Made by a program: the position numbers and the translations under genes. Below are positions 39,188 through 49,600 of a DNA stretch of 64,000 nt, piece by piece. Source of the stretch: Planctomycetaceae bacterium. GTDB lineage: Bacteria > Planctomycetota > Planctomycetia > Pirellulales > UBA1268. The first letter of the stretch is position 1; every line of letters starts with the position of its first letter. The DNA is taken from positions 25,260 through 89,259 of the forward strand of contig WTHB01000162.1 of NCBI GenBank assembly GCA_011523305.1, in the 5' to 3' direction. The notes below the pieces were generated by a model. It had not been told where the DNA came from, ran no database searches, and saw only the letters and a list, made by a program, of their open reading frames with translations.

Positions 39188-40956
39188 CGCTGTTGGGAAC
39201 ACCAGACACGGCACCAGGCGAAGCACCAAGCACAGCGTTCCGTGCGACCCGCCGTGACCGAATTGCTGCCTTCGTCGGTGCGGGAACGATGTGTCTCATT
39301 CAGCCACCGGTGGACTGGTGGCTAGGTGCCTGGCTGGCGCCGCTGCCGTGGCTCTGGCTGGTGGCTCGACCGGTGACGCCTGCTGCGCCGGCGTTGTCGT
39401 GGCGGTGGCTTTGGCTGGCCGGCTGGCTGCACTGGCTGGCAACCATTCACTGGCTGCGGCTTCCCCATCCGGCCACGTCGTTGGGCTGGCTGGCCCTGTC
39501 GGCCTATCTGGCTTGCTACCTGCCGCTGTTCGTCTGGCTGACACGGCGGCTGATCAGTCGCTGGCGGTGGCCGCTGGTGGCGGCTGCGCCGGTGGTCTGG
39601 ATGGCCTGCGAACAGGTGCGAGGCTGGCTGCTCGGTGGATTTACCTTTGGCATGCTCGGGCACAGCCAGTGGCGGTGGACGACGCTCCTGCAAACTGCCG
39701 ATCTGGCTGGCGCGGTCGGTGTTAGCGGCGTGGTGATGCTGGTTGCCGCCGCCGGCTTTGAATTGCTCCGGTTTATCGGGCAGCGGCAGGCGGTAGCCAG
39801 CCGGCAACCGCTGCGGACTGTTGTCGGCAGCCTTGTGCTGGCTGGTGTCGTGCTCGCCGCCGCAGTTGGCTATGGCCGCTGGCGGCTGGCCACGGTGCCG
39901 GAGGCGACGGGCAAGCCGCTCGATGTGTTGCTCGTGCAAGGATCGATCGATACCGAGTTGAAGCATGATCCGGCGGCAGTGACTGACGTCACGCGGCACT
40001 ACGATGACCTCACCCGGCAAGGACTGGCTGGCACCGGCCCTCGCCCCGATCTGATTCTCTGGCCGGAGACGATGTGGCGGGTGGGACTGCTCGAGGTCGA
40101 TCCGGCTGTCGTACTCCCCGACAGTGTGGTCGAGGCCGTGCTGGCCAACGGTGAACCGAAGGCGGCAGGGGAAGACGAAGCCTCGCGGCAGGCCCGGGCG
40201 CGGCAGCGGCTTGAGGCTGAACGGCTGGAACCGCTGGCAACCTATGCCCAGTCCTACGGCACACACTGGCTGGTCGGCGTTGACAAGCAGCGAATCACGC
40301 CGGCCGCCGTTTCCGGGACGCAATACTTCAACTGCGGCGTGCTCCTCGATGCTGCCGGAAGCCTGGTGGCCAGCTACGCCAAGATGCACCCGGTGATGTT
40401 TGGCGAGTACGTGCCGCTGGCGAGTCGGTTTCCGTGGCTCTATCGGCTGACGCCCCTCCCGGCGGGACTGACGGCGGGCCGCAGGCCGATGCAGACCACG
40501 GTGGCAGACCAGCGGTTAACCTGCACGATCTGCTATGAGACAGCCCTCCCCGAGGCAATCCGCACCCTAGTGCGGCAGTGTCGCCAAGCAGACGGCGGGC
40601 CGGACGTGATTGCGAACCTGACCAACGACGGCTGGTTCTGGGGGTCGAGTGAACTCGACATGCATCTGACCGCAGCCATGTTTCGGGCTGTTGAGGTCCG
40701 AACCCCGATCGTGATTGCGGCCAATACTGGCTTTTCGGCCTCGATCGACGGCTCGGGAAGGCTGCTGGCCCGGGGGCCCCGGAGGGCTGCCGCAACGCTT
40801 CGGGTCAGGGTCCAGCCGGACGGCCGCCCAACCCTATGGCTCTGGTGGGGGAGTCTGCTGCCTGGGCTGTGTGTAGTGATTACGGCGGCAGTGACGTTGG
40901 AAGCCGGATGCCGACGGGGTAGCCTAGAGGAAGAACGCTACAGGGCGGGACGGTGA
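39184..40956 (+). CDS. lnt: Apolipoprotein N-acyltransferase
   Basis: Multi-TM N-terminus; VQGSI, WPET, KMHPVMFGEY, ICYE, TNDGWF, RAVE and ANTGFS. Confidence 0.95.
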   Translation: MTLLGTPDTAPGEAPSTAFRATRRDRIAAFVGAGTMCLIQPPVDWWLGAWLAPLPWLWLVARPVTPAAPALSWRWLWLAGWLHWLATIHWLRLPHPATSLGWLALSAYLACYLPLFVWLTRRLISRWRWPLVAAAPVVWMACEQVRGWLLGGFTFGMLGHSQWRWTTLLQTADLAGAVGVSGVVMLVAAAGFELLRFIGQRQAVASRQPLRTVVGSLVLAGVVLAAAVGYGRWRLATVPEATGKPLDVLLVQGSIDTELKHDPAAVTDVTRHYDDLTRQGLAGTGPRPDLILWPETMWRVGLLEVDPAVVLPDSVVEAVLANGEPKAAGEDEASRQARARQRLEAERLEPLATYAQSYGTHWLVGVDKQRITPAAVSGTQYFNCGVLLDAAGSLVASYAKMHPVMFGEYVPLASRFPWLYRLTPLPAGLTAGRRPMQTTVADQRLTCTICYETALPEAIRTLVRQCRQADGGPDVIANLTNDGWFWGSSELDMHLTAAMFRAVEVRTPIVIAANTGFSASIDGSGRLLARGPRRAAATLRVRVQPDGRPTLWLWWGSLLPGLCVVITAAVTLEAGCRRGSLEEERYRAGR

Positions 40957-41072
40957 CAGGTCGATTCTCTTACAGCGTTCGATACTCGTCACGGGATGGG
41001 TCTGCGCGGCAGGACAGGACTGCTGTGCGGCAGCGGTTCGTCCTTTCAGATGGCAGGCAGGTGAACTGAACA

Positions 41073-41900
41073 ATGAACACGATCGGCAAAATCTTTGTCT
41101 TCGCGGTGCTGATCATGAGCGTGGTGTTCATGAGTTTTGCAGTGGCGATCTTCTCGTCACACACCAACTGGCAGGCCGAATCGGAGCGGCTTCAGGATGA
41201 ACTGGCGACGGCCCAGAATGAGCGGGACGCGAAAGAGGCTCGGCTGACCGAGCTGACCGACCAGGTTGCTGAATCGGAGGCTGATCGCGACGAGGTGGTC
41301 GCCAAACTGGAGGCGGCTCTGGCTGCCAAGGACAGTGAACTTCAGGATCTTCGCAAGAAGCGGGACGCCGACTTGGAGAAGTTATCCAACGACATCGAGG
41401 AACTTGCTGCTGCCAAGCTCGAGCGAGACAAGGCAGAGCAGTTGGTCAATGACCTGCGGCAGGAGATCGATGGTCTTCAGGAGAACCTCAAGAGTTCGGT
41501 CAATCGCGGAGCCACCCTTGCGGCAGAACTGCATCAGGCTGAGTCATCATTGGCCATGGCAACGGAACGAAAAGAGCAGCTCGAAAAGCAGGTTGAGACG
41601 GCCCGAACCGTTCTTCAGCAGAATGGCTTGTCGCTGGAGCGGCCAAAGCACATTGTGCCACTCGTCGATGGCGTGATCACGGCTGTGGCCGATGATCTCG
41701 TTGAGGTGTCGATCGGCAGCGACGATGGCCTGCAACCGGGACATGAGCTGGAGGTCTTCCGGGCGGATGAATATGTCGGCCGCCTGCGGGTCGTCAGCGT
41801 CAAGCCAGACCGGGCGGTGGTGCGGATTCTGAAGGACTATTCCCGGGGCATTGTGCAGCGGGGCGACCGGGTGGCGACCCGGTTGAAGCTCAACAGTTGA
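41073..41900 (+). CDS. Membrane-anchored coiled-coil protein with C-terminal beta-barrel
   Basis: N-terminal TM; ~160 aa heptad-rich region; VDGVITAV...VEVSIGSDDGL...YVGRLRVV...QRGDRV. Confidence 0.8.
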   Translation: MNTIGKIFVFAVLIMSVVFMSFAVAIFSSHTNWQAESERLQDELATAQNERDAKEARLTELTDQVAESEADRDEVVAKLEAALAAKDSELQDLRKKRDADLEKLSNDIEELAAAKLERDKAEQLVNDLRQEIDGLQENLKSSVNRGATLAAELHQAESSLAMATERKEQLEKQVETARTVLQQNGLSLERPKHIVPLVDGVITAVADDLVEVSIGSDDGLQPGHELEVFRADEYVGRLRVVSVKPDRAVVRILKDYSRGIVQRGDRVATRLKLNS

Positions 41901-41963
41901 GGTGGCGTGGAACCACAGGCGACTGCTCCACCCTACGGCACCCAGCATGCGGAGAAAGCCACG

Positions 41964-42266
41964 ATGGCAGACAGCGGTGATACCAAAGCCCCAGCGCCGA
42001 TGAACATCTACACGGCGATGATGATCCTGTCGTTCGTGGCAATTTCAATCGGCTGCCTGATTCTTGCGATTGAACTCTGGAGCCGCGGCCTGCCGCTCGA
42101 CCCGAAGGCGGCCCCGCGGCGGTCTCCGGTAGCGGATCCTGCGACATCAGCGCCCGCTGCTCCTGCAGACGACACGCCGGCGGCAGGTGATTCGTCAGAT
42201 GATGAAGCACCGGCTGCAGACGTAGGCGGTGATCCGTTTGCAGGTGATGCCTCAGACGCTGAATAA
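41964..42266 (+). CDS. Small single-TM protein with acidic tail
   Basis: NIYTAMMILSFVAISIGCLILAIEL followed by an Asp/Ala/Pro-rich tail. Confidence 0.7.
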   Translation: MADSGDTKAPAPMNIYTAMMILSFVAISIGCLILAIELWSRGLPLDPKAAPRRSPVADPATSAPAAPADDTPAAGDSSDDEAPAADVGGDPFAGDASDAE

Positions 42267-42282
42267 ACTCTCTGCGTCGTGA

Positions 42283-44811
42283 TCAGTCGTGGCAGTCGTC
42301 GGCCAGCCAACTGCAGGGCAACTGGTCGGCTTGATAGATCACGATTCGCTCCGGTGCGTAGGCCTTCTGATAGCGACCTAGGAACTGCTCGAACGACTCC
42401 CACTGCCAGGTGCCAAAGATATTGGCGATACCGCAGGGGTTCGCCTTGCCGGTGGCTGACTCGCCGCCGAGGCAGTCGCTGCCACGCTGGGAGATGGCAA
42501 ATGCGGGCCAGCCGCCGATCTTGTCAGGCTTGACGATGGCATCGGCATTGGCAGGGTTAGTCAGGGCATCTTGAAAGGCTGCAAAGGCAGCGGCAGCGTT
42601 GTCCTGATGGTTGGCGAAGAGTGGATTGAGCACACCGTTTTCATCCGAGTAGTACTCATAGACATTGGTCATGGGGGCCGCCCACGATGGGTCAAATGCC
42701 ATGCCGCCAATCGGACTGATTTCAGCGTACGAGATGCCCTTCGCGTTGAGGGCGGTGGCAAACGGTGTGATGAAGTCAGCCATGATCGCATCGGCCTTCA
42801 GCTTGTCCTTGGGATAGGGAATGCTGACCCCGGCAAAGTTTTCGACGTCGACTCCGATGAGCAGCGGATGCGTGTGTGTGAAGCCGGCCAGATAGTCGGC
42901 CACCATTGCCACGGTTGTCTCGGTGCCGAATGTGAGAAACAGCCCCGGCTGCAGATTAGCGGTCTCTGCTGCGGTGAGGAACTGCTGCACGTAGCCCGCA
43001 GCATCGGCGGGCAGGGTGTCGGTCGTGGTGGCGAAGTCGACAGTGATCATCACGGTGCCCACATCATTTGCTGTGGCGAAGTCGATGATGGCCCCTGTGT
43101 AGTCACTCCAGGCCTGCGGTTGAAACAACTCCGCCAGCGGAGCCTTGTAACCCTCGTGCCAGAGCACCAGGTCCGGCGTGGGCAGCGGACCGGCTTCGAT
43201 CACCACAGTCGATGCCGTCGTGGATGCCTCGCGGCCGTTCCAGCCGATTACGGCAAAGGCGGCCTCTGCCCCACCGCTCTCCGCTGGCGGCACCCAGCGA
43301 AGCTGGTCAGTTGGCGTGACCATTCGCTGCTGGAGTTGCCGCAGCAGCACTGCCGGTGAGGATGACGCCGGTGGCGATGAGACATCGACCCAGTTGGTGC
43401 CATTCCACTTTTCGACCCGGCCCGATGCCACGGCCGAGACAACGAACGACAAATCGGGCCGGCCATTGATGGCGGCCACCCCAATCTCAGCAGCCGAGAG
43501 CACCACCGGGCTCGGTCCGATCAGGTCGTCAATCACCAGGGTTGTCACCGGCCGCAGCATTGGTCGTGCTGGCGGTGGGGAAGGTGCCGTCGGCAGCGGG
43601 GCAATCGTCGGCGTCAGCACCGTGCCGGGATCAAAGTTCGACAGGGGATCAATGATGTTCTGATGCCAATAGACACCGGCGGCAAAGGGGAGTTCACCCC
43701 GATGATGGCTGGGCCAAGGGGGAGCGGGATTGTTCGGCTGAGGAAACTTCGTCAGGTTGGGCCACGGATAGTCGGGCGGCGGACCGGGCTGATCGTGGGC
43801 CGACAGAATCGCATACGGCAGTTCCTGGCCAGGGAAGAAGGCCACGGTATCCGCCGTCACACTGCCGGGCACGGCCCCCGAATTGTCCCATGCATACTGC
43901 TGCCCCAGAAAGCCGTCGATCAGGTTGTTGTGCGAGAGCATCGACAGAAAGTTCCACTCGCCGTAGGGATTGGCGGCAGACGGCTTGCTGGTGTTGGTCT
44001 GCGGCAACGGCTTGAGACCAAGCGAGGCGAGGTAGGGTGCGCCAGGAACACCTTTGAGAATGGTCTGCCCGTTGTAGTAGCCTTCGGTTGGGTCGCCAAG
44101 CGTCTTGAAAATGCTACTCGAGACGACCGGAACGATCTGCATCGGAGACGTTCCTGGCTCGCCCTGAGTGAGCACCTGCCGGCCAGCCCAGAGCACGGCA
44201 GTGATGCCGGCATAGACCTCATTCGTTGGGGCGTGTCCAGGGCCAAACTCGAAGTCCTGAGCCCAGAGGACATAGCCGCCGTCAGCCGTCGGCGTTGCCT
44301 CGGCTGGCTGTGGAAACTCCGGCCCCAACTGGTCTGGAGCCGGCCCGGGGTAAAGCATCACTGCATTGAGGATGTTTTTGGCCAACGCGAGCCGGTCGCT
44401 CGCTGGCACGGGATTGGAGGTGGTGAACAGGTGGTCGATGAACGGCCAGAGGTTTTTCCCCTTCGTATCCTGCCCCTGCAACGCAACCGATTGACCAACC
44501 ACTCGGGCATCAACCGTCACTTTTTCGTGAGGCCAGGCGGTTGTCCACTTCTGCCGCTGGCCATAACTGGTCTCGCCGATGACCGTACTGATGGCGGTCG
44601 GGACACCACCGGCTGGCATGGTGAGTGCCACATTGGCATCGTCGATCTTGTCAAAAAAGTAGGCGAAGCTCTGCCCCCCATCCGTTCCAGACAAGACCCG
44701 ACGGGGCTCAAGTCGTTCGACCTGTGGGCGACGGAGTCGTCGTGGAACGCTAGCCTGGACTGCGGACTGACTCAGGACTCGGGCAGCGGCATGAAAGAAC
44801 TTTCGAATCAT
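42283..44811 (-). CDS. Large extracellular multidomain protein with planctomycete LEPRxLL-type N-terminal motif
   Basis: RRLRRPQVERLEPRRVLS; three domains separated by Pro-rich linkers. Confidence 0.75.
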   Translation of the reverse strand: MIRKFFHAAARVLSQSAVQASVPRRLRRPQVERLEPRRVLSGTDGGQSFAYFFDKIDDANVALTMPAGGVPTAISTVIGETSYGQRQKWTTAWPHEKVTVDARVVGQSVALQGQDTKGKNLWPFIDHLFTTSNPVPASDRLALAKNILNAVMLYPGPAPDQLGPEFPQPAEATPTADGGYVLWAQDFEFGPGHAPTNEVYAGITAVLWAGRQVLTQGEPGTSPMQIVPVVSSSIFKTLGDPTEGYYNGQTILKGVPGAPYLASLGLKPLPQTNTSKPSAANPYGEWNFLSMLSHNNLIDGFLGQQYAWDNSGAVPGSVTADTVAFFPGQELPYAILSAHDQPGPPPDYPWPNLTKFPQPNNPAPPWPSHHRGELPFAAGVYWHQNIIDPLSNFDPGTVLTPTIAPLPTAPSPPPARPMLRPVTTLVIDDLIGPSPVVLSAAEIGVAAINGRPDLSFVVSAVASGRVEKWNGTNWVDVSSPPASSSPAVLLRQLQQRMVTPTDQLRWVPPAESGGAEAAFAVIGWNGREASTTASTVVIEAGPLPTPDLVLWHEGYKAPLAELFQPQAWSDYTGAIIDFATANDVGTVMITVDFATTTDTLPADAAGYVQQFLTAAETANLQPGLFLTFGTETTVAMVADYLAGFTHTHPLLIGVDVENFAGVSIPYPKDKLKADAIMADFITPFATALNAKGISYAEISPIGGMAFDPSWAAPMTNVYEYYSDENGVLNPLFANHQDNAAAAFAAFQDALTNPANADAIVKPDKIGGWPAFAISQRGSDCLGGESATGKANPCGIANIFGTWQWESFEQFLGRYQKAYAPERIVIYQADQLPCSWLADDCHD

Positions 44812-44860
44812 CAAAACGCACTCAACGCTGAAGGGGCACGCAATCGCCTCTGAGATAACA

Positions 44861-44878
44861 ACTTTACCACCGTCGCCG
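44861..44878 (-). promoter_or_regulatory. Putative extended -10 promoter (TG-G-TAAAGT)
   Basis: Minus strand CGGCGACGGTGGTAAAGT, nearly identical to the motif upstream of argH. Confidence 0.4.
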
Positions 44879-45045
44879 GCCCGATGCGTGGAGTTGGTAT
44901 GACGGGGTGTTTGCACCGTACCGCCCGGTGTATTCGGCAGTCACAGCCACGGCGACCAGCAATGGCGGAAGCAGTGTGAAGCGGACGTGGCAGCTGCGGT
45001 TTAGGATTGCGATTGCTTCGAGCGTGCCGTCAGTTGTTCAACCGT

Positions 45046-46404
45046 TCAGAAACTGAATGCCACATCCGCGTCGCTGTCAGTCTCGGCGTCAGTTGGCTCA
45101 CTGGTGGCTGGCTCACTGATTGCCGCAGCGTCTTCAGTTGCATTCACCGGATGGGCCGCTGCTACAAGTTGGAGCGGTGCCAGAGAGGCAAGCAGCCCTC
45201 GGGGAGAGGCAAGGACGAGCCGTTCCGTGGCCCGATTGACTACGGGCACCGTGAATGGGCCGGGGTCGAGGAAGGCAATCGGCTGGCCGTCAGTCAGTCG
45301 CAGGGCGGTGAGTCGGTTGACCCGGTCATAGCACCAGAGGTTGTCGCCCACAATCGCGAGCAGGCTCCCCTCACGTGCACTCAGCCACCGTCGTTTCCCG
45401 GTCTCAGCGTTATGGGCAGCGATGCCGGCCTCACCCAACGAGACAATCAGCGTCTTGTCCTTCAGCATGAGTTGCGGCTGGGGCTGGTTGGCATGCAGGC
45501 TCGTCTCGAGCAGTGTCCGCCAGGACAGCCGCAGGCCCCCTGGTGCATCTTCGAAACGGGCCAGTTCGCCCGTGATGGTGGCGGCGAAAATCGTCTGGTC
45601 GACCACCATGATCGGACCGTTGGGCTGCTGCCGGAGGTGAAACTCATGGCGGGCCCAGCCCTTGTCGGCTGGCTCAATAGCCGTCAGGTGGCCGTTGTGG
45701 GTGCACCAGATCGCGCCACCGGCATAGGGGTCGGGCAGTTGTTCAACGATGCCGTGGGAATTGATGTGGACGGGATCGAGGCTGACACGCACCACCTTGG
45801 ACTGGTTGGCGGGCGTGTCGCCTTCTTGCGGTTCTGCCTGCCTTGGCCGCTGGTAGGGATTGGCAGGCAGCCGATAGACGCTGGCATCACGGAGGGGCGT
45901 GTAGACCCAGTCGCCCACTGGCAGGCTGCCTGCCGAGGGTGGGGCTGGCAATCGCCGACGCCAGAGCGGCGAACCGGTTCGGACGTCGAGTCCGTAGCAG
46001 GCCATGTCACGGGCGACGGCCACGAGATCATGATCAATGCCAGCGGGGAACATTGGTGCCTGGGGGACGCCCAGGCTGGTTGACCAGAGCAGCGTGCCGA
46101 CCGCCGGTGCTCCGGCAGCGGCCTGTGGTGAAGCAGCCGCCCGAACAGCATGAACCATGCCGTCGCCCGACTGGGCCACCACCAGCCAGCGGCCAACATC
46201 GACCCGATCGAGCCGGTAGCCGTCCGACTGAAACGGCAGTTGCACAATCCACTCACGGGTCAGCCCCGCTCCTGCGGCCTCAACCGGGTCGGCAGCTGAA
46301 CCACTGAGGCGTTCAGCGCGGACGGCCGCAGCTGGGAGGCCAACCGTGGCCAATGCCAGCAGTAGGTTCAGGCAGGACGGCGTTCGCGGGAGGATCCGAG
46401 GCAT
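45046..46404 (-). CDS. Exported PQQ-like beta-propeller repeat protein
   Basis: Signal peptide; repeats GTLLWS, GLDVRTGSPLWR, AHNAETGKRRW and ALRLTDG. Confidence 0.82.
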   Translation of the reverse strand: MPRILPRTPSCLNLLLALATVGLPAAAVRAERLSGSAADPVEAAGAGLTREWIVQLPFQSDGYRLDRVDVGRWLVVAQSGDGMVHAVRAAASPQAAAGAPAVGTLLWSTSLGVPQAPMFPAGIDHDLVAVARDMACYGLDVRTGSPLWRRRLPAPPSAGSLPVGDWVYTPLRDASVYRLPANPYQRPRQAEPQEGDTPANQSKVVRVSLDPVHINSHGIVEQLPDPYAGGAIWCTHNGHLTAIEPADKGWARHEFHLRQQPNGPIMVVDQTIFAATITGELARFEDAPGGLRLSWRTLLETSLHANQPQPQLMLKDKTLIVSLGEAGIAAHNAETGKRRWLSAREGSLLAIVGDNLWCYDRVNRLTALRLTDGQPIAFLDPGPFTVPVVNRATERLVLASPRGLLASLAPLQLVAAAHPVNATEDAAAISEPATSEPTDAETDSDADVAFSF

Positions 46405-46669
46405 GGAAGGGGTCCTTGGAGAAGCGTAAGTGTGGGGCCGGGACGGAAGCCGCGGATGGTTGGCGGAGGACACTGACCGCTTCAAAAGGCTAATTGGGCA
46501 TGAGGAACGATGCAAAAATGGTGGGGAAACCGGACCAGAGGCGTTTCCTCCGGTCAAAACCGGCACCCCCGCTGTGGGATGGCCAGTGGCTGGTAGGATG
46601 TTTCGTTTCGCTGGCACCCGCCAGGTTCGTCTTGTTCCTCGGGGGCAACGCTGCCCCGGCCGCGTGTTG

Positions 46670-49600
46670 ATGTCGAAGGCTCCTCCACTCACCGCTCCAC
46701 CTCCCGACCCGCTCGCGGGTCTGCTGGGATATCTCAATTTCTCAGCGGGGGCGGCTGATGTCACCGCATGGAGCGTGCTCAGTGATCTGTATGCCCGGTT
46801 CGAACCGGTTGCCGACAACGGCAGGCCAGTGGAACAGCCTGACACCGCCTCACGCGTCGCTGAAGTACTGCGGGAAGAACTGGCCCGGTTGCAGCAGGCC
46901 GATCCGGCCTTCCGTGATGTTGGCCAGGTGGTCGGAGTCATTCGGATCGTCTTCGACAGACTGCTGCCCGCCTACCGGCAGTTCCACCATGACCTGCTCG
47001 AGCACCAGGCCCCGGGAGCACTGGAGCGGCCCTTCTTCGTGATGGCTGCTGCTCAGGCGGTGCTGGCCACCGGCGGGCCGTGGGAAGGAGCCGATAGCGA
47101 GGTCGTCGATCGCGCGATCAGGCAACTCAACGACTACATGGGCTGGCGGCCGGTGGCGGTGCTTGAAAATGGGCAACTGTCCGAGCCGTACCCGCATGAG
47201 CGAGTTCGGCCGCTGCCGCTGTACGTGGCGGGGGCGGGCGCCGCGCACGGACGTTTCGCAGCGTTGGTCGCGCGGGCGGTGGCCATCCTCCAGGCAGCCC
47301 CACCCGAACTGCTTCGGCAGGCTGACTTTGATCCGACGCTGCTCAGCGAACTTGCCCTCGACCCGCGGGCCTTCGATTTTCTTCATCCGGCAGCCAGTCG
47401 GCCCAACTATCTGTTTGGGCTCTGGGATCCGGCCTTGATCGATGACAACGGCTGCTATCGGCGGCTGGTCATTCAGCAGGCAACACTTGAGGGCATTCTC
47501 TCCTGGTCGGCGGCAGAGTCTGCTGCAGGAAGTCGCCAGGAACTTGAAGAAGAGTCCGCGGCAGTTCTGGCGGGTGTCATGCTGATGGCCTCGGGCTTGT
47601 CAGGGCACGGTCCGGGGGCAGCCCAGGCTGGTATGGCGCTGGCGGACCTGTTGCCCCGGATCGCGACCTACCGCGACAATTTTTATCGTTGGCTGCTGAC
47701 TCAACTGCCACCCGCTCACCGCCAGCGTCTGGAAGCAGAGGCGGCGGTGCTGCAGCAGCCCTTCGGTGGCGTGCGGCGACACATCAACATGCTGCTGGCC
47801 GACCGCCGCGCCCGTCAGGTGGGCAGCGTGACGCTGGCGTCGGTGCTTGCGCGTCTGGGCCGGGCCGAAGCGGCCGAGCGGCTGGCGGGACTGGTGCCTG
47901 CAGCCAGTGCCCGCATGCTTGCCCGCATCACCAGTCGGATCGTCTCGGCCCAGCTTGCCGTGCGACAAGCTGCCACCGCCGCCCTGGGGGCCGCCCACGA
48001 CACCTTGGATGAAGCCCGGAACCTGCTAGTGCGGGGCATCGACTGCGGGGCGTTGGTCGATCCCTGGAACATTCTGGGGCTGGCGGGCCAGTTTCCCCTC
48101 CACGAGCCGGGCGGTGAGGCCCTGCCCGATCCTCGGGTCGACGATCTGATCGGCACGGTCGGCAACCTGCTGGAAACCTGGTGCACGGTCTGGCAACGGG
48201 CTTGCCTTGAGGGGGATGAGGACCTGGCGGCCCGCGCGGGCACGGCGGTTGAAGACCTTGCAACCTGGTGGGATCAGTTCGCCACAACGACGGTCACGGG
48301 CATTCCGCATCTGTCAGGCAGCGAGACGCTGCAGTCGGCTCGCGAGGTGATTGCGGTGCTTGAGGAGCGGCGGGCGACGGCTCCGACGCCGCTGCCGGCT
48401 GGCTTTTGGCGAGAGGCGGTCGCTGATTTTTCGTCGTCCCGCACCCACGCGGCTGCCACGGAGGCGTTGCTGCGGGAGGGAGACTTTGATGCGGCGATGG
48501 GGCTGCTGGTGCACTGGGTCTCTCTGCTGGAGGGCGATGAGATCGACCACTCGGGGTCGTCCTGGCTGTTGGCGGCTCACCGCTGGTTGCGGGCGGCCTT
48601 TGCTGACTTGAGCGAGGGCGGTCAGCACCGGATTCGCCGCTTTCTTGAATTAGTGGAAGCCAACACAGCCGGGGTCGCTGAGCTGATTGAACTGGCCGCG
48701 ACAGGAAAAGAGCCGACGATTCGCAACGAGCCAGACCTCTCATTGCCGGAGGATGCTGACGACGATCCGTTTTCTGCTGATGAGAGTGTGGCGTCGGCGT
48801 ATGAGTCGATGGTCTGGCAGGACTCTGCCGATGATGGCACCGACGGGGGAATGCTCGATGTCGATCTGCCTGGTGGTGGCGGGGGGCATCCGGTGGTGGC
48901 GGTCGAGGAGGCCGCCGACTTTCTGACCGGCGTGATCATGATGCTGCGGCAGACCGTGGCCACGGGCTGCCTCGATGCTGCAGCCGGCCGCATCACCACG
49001 GATGCTGCCGAGATCGACTCGCTCCGGGGCTGGCGGCAGACCCTGCGGCGGCTGCGGCGGGCGATGGTGCGGGCGGCCACCCACATTGTCAGCCGTGATC
49101 AGAAGCCCGCGCCGGGCATGTCGCCCGCGGAGTTTGACCGGCTGCGGTGGCAGCGGGATGCCGCCGCCGAGCGGCTGATCGAAGCGGCCCTGCAGACAGG
49201 CGAAACCATCTGGATGCTGTCGGCCCGGCTCGCCTTGGCCCGGGGGCAGGTCCGTCCCTCCACGCGTTCCGACGCGGTCGCAGCCGCGGCTCGGTCCTTG
49301 CCGAAGCCCGCCGTGGGCCGGCTGTTGGCGGCGGTCTTCGTCGATGACCAGAAGACGATGCATGAGCAGGTAACACGAATTCGTCAGCACTTGCGGGGCC
49401 GGTCAGTGCTCTATGTGCCGCTCTCACGGGGCGGTCGTCCCGACCGGATTGTCGCGGCTCGCATGCGAGAACGACTGCTCGAACGTCTGGTGGCAATCTT
49501 GCCACGCCGTGGACTGGTCGAAGAGACGATTGACCTAGTCCGGCTGGCGAAGAGCCTGGAGAGCCGGCGGCCTCCCGGTGCAGCCAGCGTCAGTGAATTT

